64,000 nucleotides of DNA. Source: Carcharhinus amblyrhynchos. Its lineage: Eukaryota. The notes under the pieces are model-generated. The model saw only the letters and a list, made by a program, of their open reading frames with translations, had not been told where the DNA came from and did no database searches. Location: contig OZ336875.1 of assembly GCA_965287045.1 (NCBI GenBank), forward strand, positions 99,448,001 through 99,512,000, given 5' to 3'. The position numbers and the translations under genes are program-made. Below, piece by piece: positions 35,091-47,940 of the stretch (positions are counted from its first letter, which is position 1; each line of letters starts with the position of its first letter).

Positions 35091-35094
35091 CGAC

Positions 35095-35545
35095 TTTTTC
35101 ATGGATGGTGTGGAGCTTCTTGAATGTTGGAGCTGCGTGTCACTCAGGTGAGTGGAAAGTATTGCAACACACTATTGCCTTGTAGATGGTGGACAAGGTT
35201 TGGGTAATAAGATGAGATTGTTACTTGCCACAGAGTTGACAACTTTGACCTGGTTCTTGTAGCTACAGTGTTTATTTGGTTGGTCCAATTAAGTTTTCAG
35301 TCAGTGACAACCCAGGATGTTATTAGAGTGGGATTCAGCAATGATCATGCCATTGAATATCAATGGAAGATGGTTGGATTCTCTTTTATTGGAGATATTT
35401 ATTGCCTGGCACTTGTGTGGTACGAATGTTACTTGCCATTTCTTACCAGCCCAGGCCTGAATATTGTTCAATTCTTGCTGCAGGGCAGATTTTGCCTCAT
35501 CATTTGAGGAGCTGTGAATGGAATTGAAGACAGCAATCATTGAGA
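35095..35545 (-). mobile_element. LINE RT fragment, same family as 10490-12480
   Basis: ORF track peptide LQQELNNIQAWAGKKWQVTFVPHKCQ. Confidence 0.75.
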
Positions 35546-38500
35546 AATAAACTTTTAGAACAGAAAATAATCTTGAACTCACAATTATGTGACAACATTT
35601 TTGCCTTTTCAAATATGAACTTCCCATTGGTGCCATCTACTGTAATACCATTTACGAGCTCTTCCCTGAAATTATTAATATTCTTATTTTTCAGTTCGCT
35701 CTGGGAACATTTCTGCTTCAATCACCAAATGTCATAATACGTTTCATGTTCTAATATTTCTATCCTCCTGCTTTGATTTGACCACCAGTTTATGATCACT
35801 TACCCTGATGCACAAGCAGTGGAAATAGTTTTTTCATTGTTTACCATCTCAAAGCCTTTTCAACCTTTAAACATGTTTTGGATATCCTGTTAATATTCCC
35901 TGATGCATTGTGTATAGCCTGTGTTTTTCAAGTCTGTTATTGTAGCTAACCTCTGTCTGGTATCGGCCAAGTTAATCTGATAGCCCACTTTTCATGCCTT
36001 CAAAGTTCTTTACCCAAAATCACAGGCAATTCTCAAACCAATGTAGATTTAACATTGCTTCACTTTATTTGTCACTGCTGTATTATATATATACATATAT
36101 ATATTTACCTTTTCTTCACATGCAGTTTGTGTATTTGCATCTCTTGCTCTCACTGTTTCCGGCTCCTGTGACATTTTTACTGTTCACAGTGTAGATCGAT
36201 TCTCTGTTCTTTATCCAGTAACGTGATTTTACCTTCATCTGTCCAGTCCCCCAAGCTGGCTGTGTGGTCCTGCACTGACAAATATCTTAATGGAGTCTCA
36301 TTGCCAAAGAGATTTCAACATTGACATTTACCAAGTACAAAATGTTTTCCCCTCTAAGGATTAAAAATTGTGACCAGCATTAGTTTTTTTAAGCTTACGT
36401 AAAAAGATTATGCAGCCACATGTCTGACAGCAGACAGCACGTCTGAGATTGAGAATGAGCTGTGCAATGAATCATTGCAGCATCATCCCTAAACAGCTCA
36501 TATTTATCAGTTAATCGGCACCTGTACCAAGCAATTAACATACACAAATGCAAAGAAGATTATTAAAAAGTAGTCAGTACTTTATTAATTCAAATATATA
36601 TTGTAATTCTTCTGCAAGTAGCAGAAATTGAGTGAAATTTGCATTGGCTATGCTTCCTGTTTTATTTCAAAGTTTTTTAAGTTGCTTAAATAAAAGATGA
36701 AAAGATCAAGGCAAATCTGTTGTTTAAAAAAGTAACTGCTTGGATTGGGATGCAGTAGTGTTGGAACATCCTTGTGTTCTGAGGTGCTGTGACAAAAATT
36801 GGCACGATCTCGGATTGTGCCTATACTTTCTCCTGGAAGTGGGATTCCTATGAACAAACAGCTAAGGAAGTTGCTAGTGCAAAACACTCTTTTATATATT
36901 ACAGTGGTTGGCTACGGAACAGAAACTGGTGAAAGCTCAAAAAAGTCACATGTGTCTGATTTGTACTCAATTGCTCTCTGGCACGGAGTAGAAAAAATAG
37001 CCTCTTATAAGATTAACCCTGGCCTCATTCTTTTTTTATTTCAGAGTACTGGTCAGTTTATAAAGAAGATCATGATTTACCATAAATACCACTGTTTCTA
37101 AAGCCAACATATAAAAATGAAATCGTGCTTCAACGGAATGTCTGAAAAATTCTATGCCAATTTAGTTGCATTTATTTTCACCTTTAAAAGTGTGTCCTTA
37201 ACTGATATTTGACCCTTACAGCTCTTCTGCACGCAGCAGTCCTGTTACCAGACCTTAAGCTTGTTGTGCATCCTATCCCAGTTGACTGCTAAAAAGAAGG
37301 ACTCCCCTGGCCCCCATCTACATATGACCTTATTGACTACAGCATCGAATGGGAGAAACTGCGTCAGGTTGATGCTGAACTGAACGAGATTTGGTTAAAA
37401 GCAGTGTGAACAGATATTGTTACAACATTCGAGTTTTACAATGATTTCTCTCTCGATATGATACAGCTGTACTAAAACAAACAGCCATCATTTTTTAAAC
37501 AATTTTTCATTTATAATCCCTTCCTTGTGTTTTGCTATGTATTTTTTTTCATATTCTTGGAAGTAGAAATCATCTGGAAAGTTTTATAATAACCAGACAT
37601 TTGTGAACTACTGGAAATGAAGGGCACATTGGAATAGGCTTTTGCTCAGAGTTTGAAAGTAAATTCCATTTCACTGTCCATTTTGTATTAATTTTGTGTA
37701 AACATACTATAGAATAAAAAGCGAGAAAAGTAGCTGATTCATTGAGTACAAACATATAAAAATGTAAGTACAAATGTTAGGGCAAATTTAGTTAATTAAC
37801 ATGGTTTATGAACCACTACCCACAGTTCATGATCAGAAGATGCTAATGTTGTATTACTTTTAGGTTGCCAACTCTGGTTAAAGACATTCCTGGCGGTTTG
37901 ACCACTGGATGTTCTGAGCACACACGCATACACACACACAGTCCCCAACCAGTGGCATGTTTGGAGACAGGGTGACATTTACTTGGTGAGACGTTGCTGG
38001 GGAGTACCTCCACATCCCCATCCGATTAGATCCGGACAGTAATTATGGCCCTTAAGTAGGCCATTAATACCCACTTTAGGGCATCATTCCACTGCCACTG
38101 ATTTGCTTGCAGCCTCACGAGAGGCATCTCTTGTTCTAAGGCATAGCACCTGATTGGGAAACCCAGCATTGAGAAGAGGTTCCTTGTTGAACACCACTAC
38201 TGACCTTATTTACTCCCCAGCTCACCTGTAACCTTCTTCGCAGCACTCCCATCCCACTCTTTCTTATCTGTGGCCCAGGTCCTTCAGCGATTTTAGGCAT
38301 CTCCCAGTGTTCTTCACCAGCAGCAACCAGACTTGTTGGCATTGGTGAGCTGACAGCCTCTATTTGACTTCACCACTTGGTGGGCAGTATTTATGCCCCT
38401 GGGGTCCTGAATCCCAGACATGGCCTGAAATTGGCCTGACAGTCACTTAATCCTATTAGGCATTTCCAAACAGAGGTGCTGCAGGACTCTTAATTTTCCA

Positions 38501-40323
38501 ACCAGCAGGCAAGAACTCCATTGCCAAGATCAGATTCTACATCAGATCTTCATGGACTGCAGATTGGCTTCAGGTTCTGTGTAAAGGTGCCAACTTTGAA
38601 CGAGGTGTCTGAGTTGGATGTTGATCTGCACTTGGACTTGTCACGTCAAAACACATTGCTTCAGATTAACGTGGACCAGACCAAGAGATTGTAAAGTGGT
38701 AGAACTCCTTGTTTGTAGCATATTTCACAGAGCGCATCATTGTAAACACAATACAGCACCATTATTTCTAAAGCCTGAACTCCACAAAAGAAAGGTTTCT
38801 AGAAAGGACATGGATAGTTCCTCCGGTATAATTTATTTCATTGCTTGTGGTGCCTTGCTATGCACAGATTGGTTGTTGCATTTTCCTGCAGAAAAATAAT
38901 TAAACTTATAGTTAATTGACTGCAGAGCACTTTGGAATACTGAGAATTTGAAAGATGCTTTGCAAAGGCAGTTTTTCTTTTGATAAAATCAGCAAGTTAG
39001 GAATGCAGTTAACTGGGTTCTCTGTGCAATTCTTGACTTTCAACTACAATTCTTCGAGTAGAAATTACATAGATACCTTATTTGGATAAGTAAAAGCATT
39101 TTGTGGTAAAAACAGAGCAAATACTCGCCTAAAGGATTGGTTTCAATGTCTAAAACCATCACTCCAACCACCCACTGAGGAAAAAAAAAGCAAAATCTGC
39201 AAAAAACCATGTTTTAAAATGTAATTTAATAGAAAATAAATCTGATTATTGAAGTAGGCTTGCTGCATTATTACTCTGTAATGACTCAAATCAAGTTGTG
39301 TTTAGAAATGTGGACCAGATCCAGAAATGACATAGTGTATCCTGATTTCACAACAAAAATTCTATTCTGATAACTAGCACAGATGTAAATAATTACAAGT
39401 TTAAAGCTACTGACAGAAAATGAACATAATCTTTTAAATACAAATAGCATCTCACTTGATGACACCTTTTAAATGAAAACTGATCATTAATAACTTCCAT
39501 TTCTTTAAAAAAAATGTATTATAGTGGTTCACAAAGTACAAACTGCTCATCAAAAATTGTTTTTGTCTAGCCTGGAATAACAGGAATTTCCTGTTATCCA
39601 TTAGCTTTTGGACTAAAGCCCATGGTCTGATTTTTAAATTGCTTTACTCAGTGTTGAAAGATATGAAAGCATAACTCACAAAGCATGAGTTTTGCATTAT
39701 ATTCCTGGAACTTTTTAAAATATACAATGAAAAACAAGAATTTTTTTTCTCTCAAACGTAGCACCTTGTTTCAGCCTCAGTGCTGTACAAACCATAAATT
39801 ACTTGTTGATGTGCTGTGACTATTATTTTGCAGGTAAGCATTGCTACCGGTATACAAACAACAAAGTTGCACAACCAGCAAATAACTGAGCACTCTTTTT
39901 TTTTGTTTTTGGTTGGAGAATTATTGGCCAGAATACGGAATTCCCCTAATTCTTCTTGAATAGTACCCTGAATTTTTTTTTGTCCATGCAAGGAAACAGA
40001 CTAGACTTTGTTTTATGTCTCATCCAAAAACAGGTCAGACATGACAGCGTCCTGTCAGTTGTGCACTAGTTATCACTGTAAAATAGATGTTCAAGACAGT
40101 GAGGCTTGAAACCATCACCTTCTGCTCTTTGAATTACCTGTTGGGATTTGCTGTGCTTCTCAAACCTAAGCTAAGCTTGAAATGTAATTTTCTGTTCATC
40201 ACCAAGACTTCTTTATTTCCATCTCTGCAGTATTGTTCACTCCCATTCGTGCCTCACTTGCTATCCTTGAAATCATTGTCATCATTTCTCCTAATTCTTC
40301 AGACACTAATCCACCGCTCTTAT

Positions 40324-40606
40324 GGGAATGGCATGGTGGCACAGTGGTTATCACTGCTGTCTCACAGCATCAGGGACCTGGGTTTGATTCCTGGCTTGGG
40401 TCACTGTCTCTGTGGAGTCTGCACTTCCCCCCTGTGTCTGCGTGGGTTTCCTCCCACAGTCCAAAGATGTGTATGTTTGGTAGATTGGCCATGCTAAATT
40501 TTCCCTCAATGTACCCAAACAGGTGCCGGAGTGTGGTGAATAGGGGATTTTTACGGTAACTTCATTGCAACGTTAATGTCAGCCTACCTGTGATGAATAA
40601 ATAAAT
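40324..40606 (+). mobile_element. HE1-like SINE with alternative tail
   Basis: HE1 head and body plus ggggatttttacggtaacttcattgcaacgttaatgtcagcctacctgtgatgaataaataaat. Confidence 0.85.
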
Positions 40607-40702
40607 ATGCTTAAATTTAAACAACAAATTCAAAAGGCTTCATCTTCATTTTAAATTCTTCCCCAGGGCCTTCCCTATTATATCTCTTCAAACTCCACCA
40701 AT

Positions 40703-40879
40703 CCAATTGAATATTTTTAAGGCAAAGATAGATACATTTTTGAACAGTAGAGGAATTAAGGGTTTTGGTGAATGGACGGGTAAGTGGAGCTGAAAAAAAT
40801 CAGCTGTGATCTTATTGAATGGCAGAGCAGGCTCGAAGGGCCAGATGGCCTACTCCTGCTCCTAGTTCTTATGTTCTTA
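40703..40879 (+). mobile_element. CR1 LINE 3' end
   Basis: gaatggcagagcaggctcgaagggccagatggcctactcctgctcctagttcttatgttctta. Confidence 0.8.
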
Positions 40880-41393
40880 ATTTCTCAGCATTGGTCTTTT
40901 GATTCTGAACCCTCTGTCCTCCACCACACAATGGTGCTGCAGCCTTAGCTATCTTAATCTTTGTCACCTAATCTTTGAAGATCTTGAAAACCCTTCTCAC
41001 TGCTTTTTCCTTCACCTGCAGGGGCCTCTTTAAAACTAGCGTTTTGAGCATCACTCCATCATTTCTCCTAATTCTTCTTCTATTTGATATCTGCTTCTCA
41101 TCTTTCAATGAATGCAGGACATTTTCTATGTTAAAGATATGTTTGAAATAGAATTTTATTTTTACTTGTATGAGTTAGCTCTTTTTCTCTCGCAGTAAGT
41201 ATAGATCATTCGTTGTTTCTATGAGTATTCTTTACCTAGTCTGTGAGAACATGAACATAATTAAAATTGAATATCACCCAGTCAGCAATAATTTTACAGA
41301 TTGCTTGTCTCGTCTATTTTTTTCCTTTGTTGTTCTCTATGAAGAATATAACATGGTCAGCATGAATTTTCTGATTTGTTTCCTCTTTTACAG

Positions 41394-41485
41394 GAAGAGG
41401 TTTTGGAACAGCAGCAGCAGGAAAGGAATGACAGCAGCTTTGCTCGTATATGTATGTTCTGTAATGAAGAATTTTCAGGAAACAG
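41394..41485 (+). CDS. ZNF277: ZNF277 exon 5 (EEVLEQQQQERNDSSFARICMFCNEEFSGN)
   Basis: ttttacag acceptor, GT donor, 92 nt. Confidence 0.97.
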
Positions 41486-42158
41486 GTCTGTACTTTCTGA
41501 GGCAGCTGTGTTTTTTAAATCCTAAGAATATTCAAGTGACTATGAAATTTTCAAGTTCCTTTTTTTAATAGTTAACTTTCTTTTAACTTTCTTTTCCTCA
41601 AACACACACCTTTTCTGAGATTCAAATTGCTGAATGTTAAACTAATTGCCACTTGTGACCAAGAGAACAACGTTGCATTGTTGCACAGCATTGTACCATA
41701 TTCCACTGATTACTGAGAGAATTCTAAAATATATTTTCATATATTTATAGGTTATTACGCTGGGGGGCTGATTTGCTTAGTTGGTTAGTTGCCCCCTCCT
41801 TCCCCCTTTCAGGGCAACTGCCATAATCCCCAGGCAGGCCCTTAATCATCTGTACCTCTGTTCTGTCATTCATGCATTCTGATCACTTAATGAACACGCT
41901 TCCTCACCCTGCACCTGGGAATGGAAGGCAATTGCAAGTCACCACTAATAAAAACTGCCAAGCAAACAGTTCAGGTTGAAGCACCAGAAGACAGAGGCAA
42001 AGACCTGCACACATGACTAAGTTGACATTTTAATAAATTATCATGTATATGAGATTTTTTTTCTCCTCTGGAAGACAAATTTGGGTCATTACATAAATAG
42101 CTCTCCAAGTTCTGTGGTCTTTGCTCACCTTGCTATCTCTCTCTTGCATGCATGCACG

Positions 42159-42164
<6 letters not shown>

Positions 42165-42198
<34 letters not shown>
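42165..42198. repeat. (CA)n microsatellite
   Basis: About 16 uninterrupted CA units. Confidence 0.95.
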
Positions 42199-42202
<4 letters not shown>

Positions 42203-42601
42203 TATGCTTAGGCTTTTTTGTGATGATGGGGTCTTCAGGTAGTACTTCCAATGAAGAGAATTTTAAAAATGCCAAGATGATTAAATTCAAATACAGCACA
42301 CAATATGTGTTCTTTTTGTTTTTAATTTGATTAAAACTTTTTTTGGAAATTAGGACTTTCTGAAACAAAGTGTTGGTGGACAAAATTTATTTCATGAAGC
42401 TTTTCAAGTCATTAAATGTCCAAGCTTAAAAGGAGTTGAACTTGTTACACTTTTGTTCATTTTAGAAACTAACTCCATTCCAAAAGTGCAAACAAAATAA
42501 CTTGCCAATGTTAATACAACTTTATATCATAGAAGTGATAATGAAGGTAAGGACTTGAATGAAAAATATTGATTTCAGTTTTATTTTAAATATATGTTCA
42601 G

Positions 42602-42712
42602 GGCTATTCTCTTCAATCACATGGCTAAAGATCATTCTTTCAATGTGGGCCTACCAGACAATATTGTGTACTGCAATGAATTCCTGGATTTGGTGCAGAA
42701 GAAAATGGATAA
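42602..42712 (+). CDS. ZNF277: ZNF277 exon 6 (AILFNHMAKDHSFNVGLPDNIVYCNEFLDLVQKKMD)
   Basis: ttcag acceptor, GTATGC donor, 111 nt. Confidence 0.97.
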
Positions 42713-42917
42713 GTATGCATGTTTCAATGTTTTTGATACAGATGTTGAAGCAAGGATAGAGCTCCATTCGATATTGTGGCAGGGTACTGACATGCAGATT
42801 TAGTCCTGGATTGTTGAATTTCTGATCACAGTTTCATCTCAAGGGGATGGAAAATCATGTTGCTGTAGTTTACCTGATGTTCATGCTGTTTCTTCGACCC
42901 TAAAGCTGATAGCCGAA

Positions 42918-43006
42918 CTGGAGTGTTGTGACTCAGGGATTTTTATAGTAACTTCATTGCAGTGTTTAATGTAAGCCTACTTGTGACACTAATAAATAAA
43001 CTTTAA
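42918..43006 (+). mobile_element. Solo alternative SINE tail
   Basis: gtaacttcattgcagtgtttaatgtaagcctacttgtgacactaataaataaacttta. Confidence 0.75.
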
Positions 43007-43140
43007 AATGGCTCCCAGTAGCAAGCCACTGCTCCCAACATAACAGCTACAAACAATTTCTAAAACTCTTTTGGTTGATAGACCGTTAATCAAGTGAACT
43101 AAGATTTGATTGTTGTCAGCCCTTCAGGTTGATGCACAAG

Positions 43141-43710
43141 TTTTTTTTATCATTCGTGGAACGTGGGTGTCGCTGGCTGGCCAGCATTTATTGCCCATCC
43201 CTAGTTGCCCTTGAGAAAGTGGTAGTGAGCTATCTTCTTGAATTGCTGTAGTCTGTGTTCTGCGGGTTGACCCACAATGCTGTTAGGGAGGGAATTCCAG
43301 ATTTTGACCCAGCAACTGCGAAAGAATGGTGATATATTCCCAAGTCAGGATGGTGAGTGACTTGGAGGGGAACTTGCATGTGATGGTGTTCCAACTTATC
43401 TGCTGTCCTTGTCCTTCTAGATGGAAATGGTCGTGGGTTTGGAAGGTGCTGTCTTAGGATCTTTGGTGAATTGCTGCAGTGCAATCAATTGTAGATAGTA
43501 CACACGCTGCTACTGAGCATCAGTGTTGGGGGAATTGAATGTTTATAGATGTGGTTCCGGTCAACAGGCTGTTTTGTCCCGCATGGTGTCAAGCTTCTTG
43601 AGTGTTGTTGGAGCTGCACCCATCCAGGCAAGTGGGGAGTATTCCATCGCATTCCTGACTTGTGCCTTGTAAATGGTGGATAGGCTTTGTGGAGTCAGGA
43701 GGTGAGTAAC
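43141..43710 (-). mobile_element. LINE 3' end (family of 10490-12480)
   Basis: tcattcgtggaacgtgggtgtcgctggctggccagcatttattgcccatcc is the reverse of the tail seen at 11520-11584; continues into the ORF 3' part. Confidence 0.8.
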
Positions 43711-43973
43711 AGCATTAAACTAGGAAATACCATCAAACATTAACTTTTTGGGGTCTTTTTGTATATGTTCTGGTAGCAAAAGCAACATAAATGGTGAAAT
43801 AAATGTGTAAAGATATTTTTTAATGGAATTTATATTTGTTAAAGCAACCATGTGCTTATGTATTGTCTGGGATAAGGTTGACCCACTTTCTGTCTTATTT
43901 CTCCTCTCTAAGGAACAGAATTTTTTTTGTTCCTTACCCACAGCAAAGTAGGGCCTATTTATCTGTTTATTTG

Positions 43974-44283
43974 AAGTTTAAAGTTTATTTATTAGTGTCA
44001 CAAATAGGCCTATATTAACACTGCAATGAAGTTACTGTGAAATCCCCTAGTCACCATGCTTTGGCACTTGTTCATGGACACTGAGGGAGAACTTAACATA
44101 TCCAGTGCACCTAACTAGCACATTTTTTTGGACTGTGGGAGGAAACCGGAGCACATGAAGGAAACCCACACAGACAGTGGAGAACATACAGACTCCGCAC
44201 AGATAGTAACCCAAGCTGGAAATCGAACCAAGGTCCTTGGTACTGTGAGGCAGCAGTGCTAGACACTATGCCACCATGCCACC
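43974..44283 (-). mobile_element. HE1-like SINE with alternative tail
   Basis: aagtttatttattagtgtcacaaataggcc...gcagcagtgctagacactatgccaccatgcc. Confidence 0.85.
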
Positions 44284-46644
44284 TGAAAGGTCTCCTTTTA
44301 TTCTCTGTATACTTGTTCAGTGATTGGAATCCATTGCCAATGTGCTCCGACACACTTGACCAGGCAGACACAATGGGCCAAGTTTTAATTCTGTGCAAAT
44401 GGATGGTCTTTGTGTGATTTAAAGCCAATGAAAGCATATGCACCTAAGCCACTATTCACCCAAACAGCCATTTTCTTCCAGTTTATTTGCATATACATAT
44501 TATGTCAATAATAATTTGTCGGTGGAGCAAATTTATTTTTTTGTCTGTCTGCAATGGGTTGATGTTCCACTAACCAATCAAAAGTCACTTATTTCCCTTG
44601 TCTCAGAGCACATTTCCACAAACGTATCATCAAAGCTTTTCAGTGGAAATATGCTCCCTCCCCCTTTGCAACAGTACAGCCCGACCTCACCATGACGAGA
44701 AGAATAGGAAATCTGACAATATAAATAAATCCCAGTGATCCAAAAATGTATTTTGCCTCGAGTTATCAATATGTAGAATTATTGAATCTTTCTCTGTCAT
44801 CCTTGAAAAATCGGAAAAGGTGGTGGCCAACAAATGTCCGGATCCTAATGGATTAGTAAACAGACTTGATGGCATCAGTGCAGCTTTGTTCTCTTAACTT
44901 TCAAGCCATTTCAACCTTTCCAAGATTGAAAATAAGTGTTAATCCAAGTGATGCCGACATTGTTGCTACTGCACCTGTCAGCTGGTAAAAAGTATGCGCA
45001 TTGACTCCACGTTGATCCTATCTGTTTTATTGTATCTGGACACCAGCTACAGTGCTTTAAAAAGACAGCTTGCCAACACCTTATGGGCAACGAGGGATGG
45101 GTATTAAGTGCTGGCCTTGCCAACAATGCCTACATTCCACAAATTAATAATTTTTAAAAATTCTCTAGCTTACACTTTGTTACAAATTTTCCTTTTCAGA
45201 ATGATTTTTACAATTAATGTTTTGTAGGTTGTTTCAATGATTAAGACCTTTGAAAATAATGCCATACTGGTACACACAAAATTGAGGGCCTGGAATTCCA
45301 ATGGTTTTTGGGTTCAGATTTGTGACTTTGAGGTGAAGATTGGATATACCAAAGTTAATATCCATTCCAGAATACATAGTAAATTCCAACAGAGTTGTGT
45401 GCTGGCAGAGGATGCAGCCAGCCTGTAGTAGTGCTTAAATACAAATGAGGGCAAAACCAGCTTTTCCTAAAATTTCTGCATTTACAGCAGAATTGCAACA
45501 GATTAAATTTAGACCGAGAGCTAAACATCACGTGCCAATCAAGAAGTAGTTGAGTTCATAGGCTACAAATAAATGTCCACAAACATTTTGAAACATCAGC
45601 TTTGACTGAAACAATTAGAAAAATCTCATCTTGGCTATGACAGAAAAGATTTTACAAGCTGCCTTTCACCAGTATTATGAGGGAAATCTTTTCTTCCTAG
45701 CCCCCTGATATAAAATCCTTCCCATGGGACTCTCAGTGGGTATAAATAGAGAAAGAACAAGAGCAGTACGAAGAGGAAATGGTAGTGATTCACTGATAAG
45801 GCTGCACAACAGAAGAAAATTTAAACCAGTGTTACACTCCCAGCTGAGTCCACATGCAACACTGCTCCTTTGATGGTGTCCCTTTGAAGGGGCCAGCTTA
45901 AGGTGACATGGATTTAAATATGTCTGTATTGCAAACTGACCTCCAAGCTTCCTTTGAAAAGCAATGAAAAGAAAGAATACACTTACTTCAGAGTACCACA
46001 TTTCATATGTTACCAAGTGGTTTTAATGTGTGTTCACACTAATGAATGGCACTTAATTTTGCCACTCCGTTCCCTTTTAAAACCTATTCTGGTGTTGTGC
46101 ACCCAGACCTGCCTCAAGGTGAGGCATCAATGGGACTTGGCTCTGTTTTGGTATAAGTTTGATATTTTGAGACCCAGGTGGGACTCATCTCAGAGTGTGA
46201 GAGTCCTAGAGGACTAACCACCCCAGGGGCCAGATTGCCAGTAATCAAACATCCATATTGTTTGTACTGATTGGTTTCAAAGCCTCTTTGTTGGATGGAC
46301 AGATGCAGATGCCTCTGGTTCAATGATCCCTACCATCTGTTTCTGGCCGTAGAATATGAGCCTCAGCATTTTTGTATCAGTCTGCTGTTTGTGCATCATC
46401 TTTTGTCTTTAAGGAGCATCCAGAGATCCATGCCTGTACCAATAAAGTCAGCTGCTGACTCTCTGGAGCCTCCACTATCCACTTTTGGAGCCTGCTTTCG
46501 CATCTGGCTGAGCCAAATGACTCCTGTGCCTAATGTATTTTATTTCTTATTCCACATTTTTGTCATATCCAGTGAAAAACCTTCTTCGGAACAACCTACA
46601 TTTCTCAAATGGATTTCTTGGACTGATGAATGAAATTGTACGGG

Positions 46645-47001
46645 TGAAGTTCTGAATGAGTGAGGAGAGGCTCTTCCCGCTCAGAAAGGACAGTAGGACT
46701 AGAGGGCAAGGCCTCAAGATAAAGGGGGGGCAGTTTAGAAGAGAGTTGAGGAGGAACTTCTTCACTTAAAGGGTGGTGAATCTCTGGAATTCTCTGCCCG
46801 TTGAAGTGGTGGAGGCTGCCTCGCTAAATAATTTTAAGACGCGGGTTGATAGGTTTTTGATAGGCAAGGGGATTAAGGGTTATGGGGAGAGGGCGGGAAT
46901 GTGGAACTGAGCCACGACAGATCAGCCATGATCTTATTGAATGGCGGGGCAGGCTCGAGGGGCTAGATGGCCTACTCCTGCTCCTATTTCTTATGTTCTT
47001 A
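46645..47001 (+). mobile_element. Young CR1 LINE 3' end
   Basis: aggactagagggcaaggcctcaag...aggaacttcttcact...; CpGs retained; (ttcttatg)-type tail. Confidence 0.9.
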
Positions 47002-47807
47002 GGATGTGATTGGTGACAAGTAGCTTATTGCTCTAGAGTATCTTGAGAAAAATAAACTGAAAATATATTGCATTATAGTGCTACCGTGTTAATTCCCTAG
47101 TAGCTTTTGAAATTGCCCAATACTTCTTACTACTTACTTGCATTACCAAATTAGTATTCAGACAAATTGTCCAAGGGTCCAGACAAACCTAACACTGCCA
47201 CCAGCCCTCCCTTATTTCTTCCCAACGGATTCAGAAACATGTCTCCCCAGGAATTAAATGTAAATGAGATGACAGAATGCTACAGCACAGAAGGAGGTTA
47301 TTCAGCCCATCATATCAATTCTTTGAAAGAGCAATATTTCCTCACAACCCTGCAATATTTTTTTCCCTTTGAGCATTTATCCAAGTCCCTTTACAATTCA
47401 CTCTGTTTTCATTATTCATTCATGCAATACATCCTAGATCAAAACTTGTTGGAATTTATTCTCCTCATGTTGATGCTGATTCTTTGCTGATGAATTTATG
47501 TATTCTGTTGAATTACTTAGCTGTTGTTCCTATGAGACTTTCAGATAGCACTTGACTGTGATATTGAATCAATATAAATGAAGCATTAAAGAGTGATGTC
47601 TACTTTGTCTATAGTTATTTTTATCTTGGCCTCAATTCAATTACACCGCTACAGAGAAATAATTGCTAATTACCTGCAAGAAGAATTTAAGGTTTTTGAT
47701 CTTTCACATGATTTCATGGTTGATTACAGCTATTTGCTCAATGAGTATTTAAGTAAGAGTTTTGAATTTGCAAAATGTGTTATCGGCAAATGCCTTTTTT
47801 CCTGCAG

Positions 47808-47940
47808 TTTGCAATGTTTATATTGCGAGAAAACATTCCGTGACAAGAATACCCTCAAAGATCACATGAGGAAAAAACAGCATCGCAGAATCAATGCCAG
47901 AAATCATGAATATGACAAATTTTATACCATCAACTATTTG
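47808..47940 (+). CDS. ZNF277: ZNF277 exon 7 (LQCLYCEKTFRDKNTLKDHMRKKQHRRINARNHEYDKFYTINYL)
   Basis: cctgcag acceptor, GTAAGA donor, 133 nt; most conserved C2H2 finger. Confidence 0.98.

Larger units (their letters stand above)
33287..37409 (+). pseudogene. Candidate decayed multi-exon gene nested in ZNF277 intron 4
   Basis: Exon-like blocks 33287-33412, from 33478, 33705-33990, 34368-34491, from 37045 and 37222-37409, with splice-like edges and few stops. Confidence 0.35.

Noticed and set aside
41409-41420. (CAG)4 in exon 5
   Set aside because: A short ordinary glutamine run, not an expansion.
46093-46600. Possible solo LTR (TG start, AATAAA at 46441)
   Set aside because: No TSD or second copy to define it; too weak to call.
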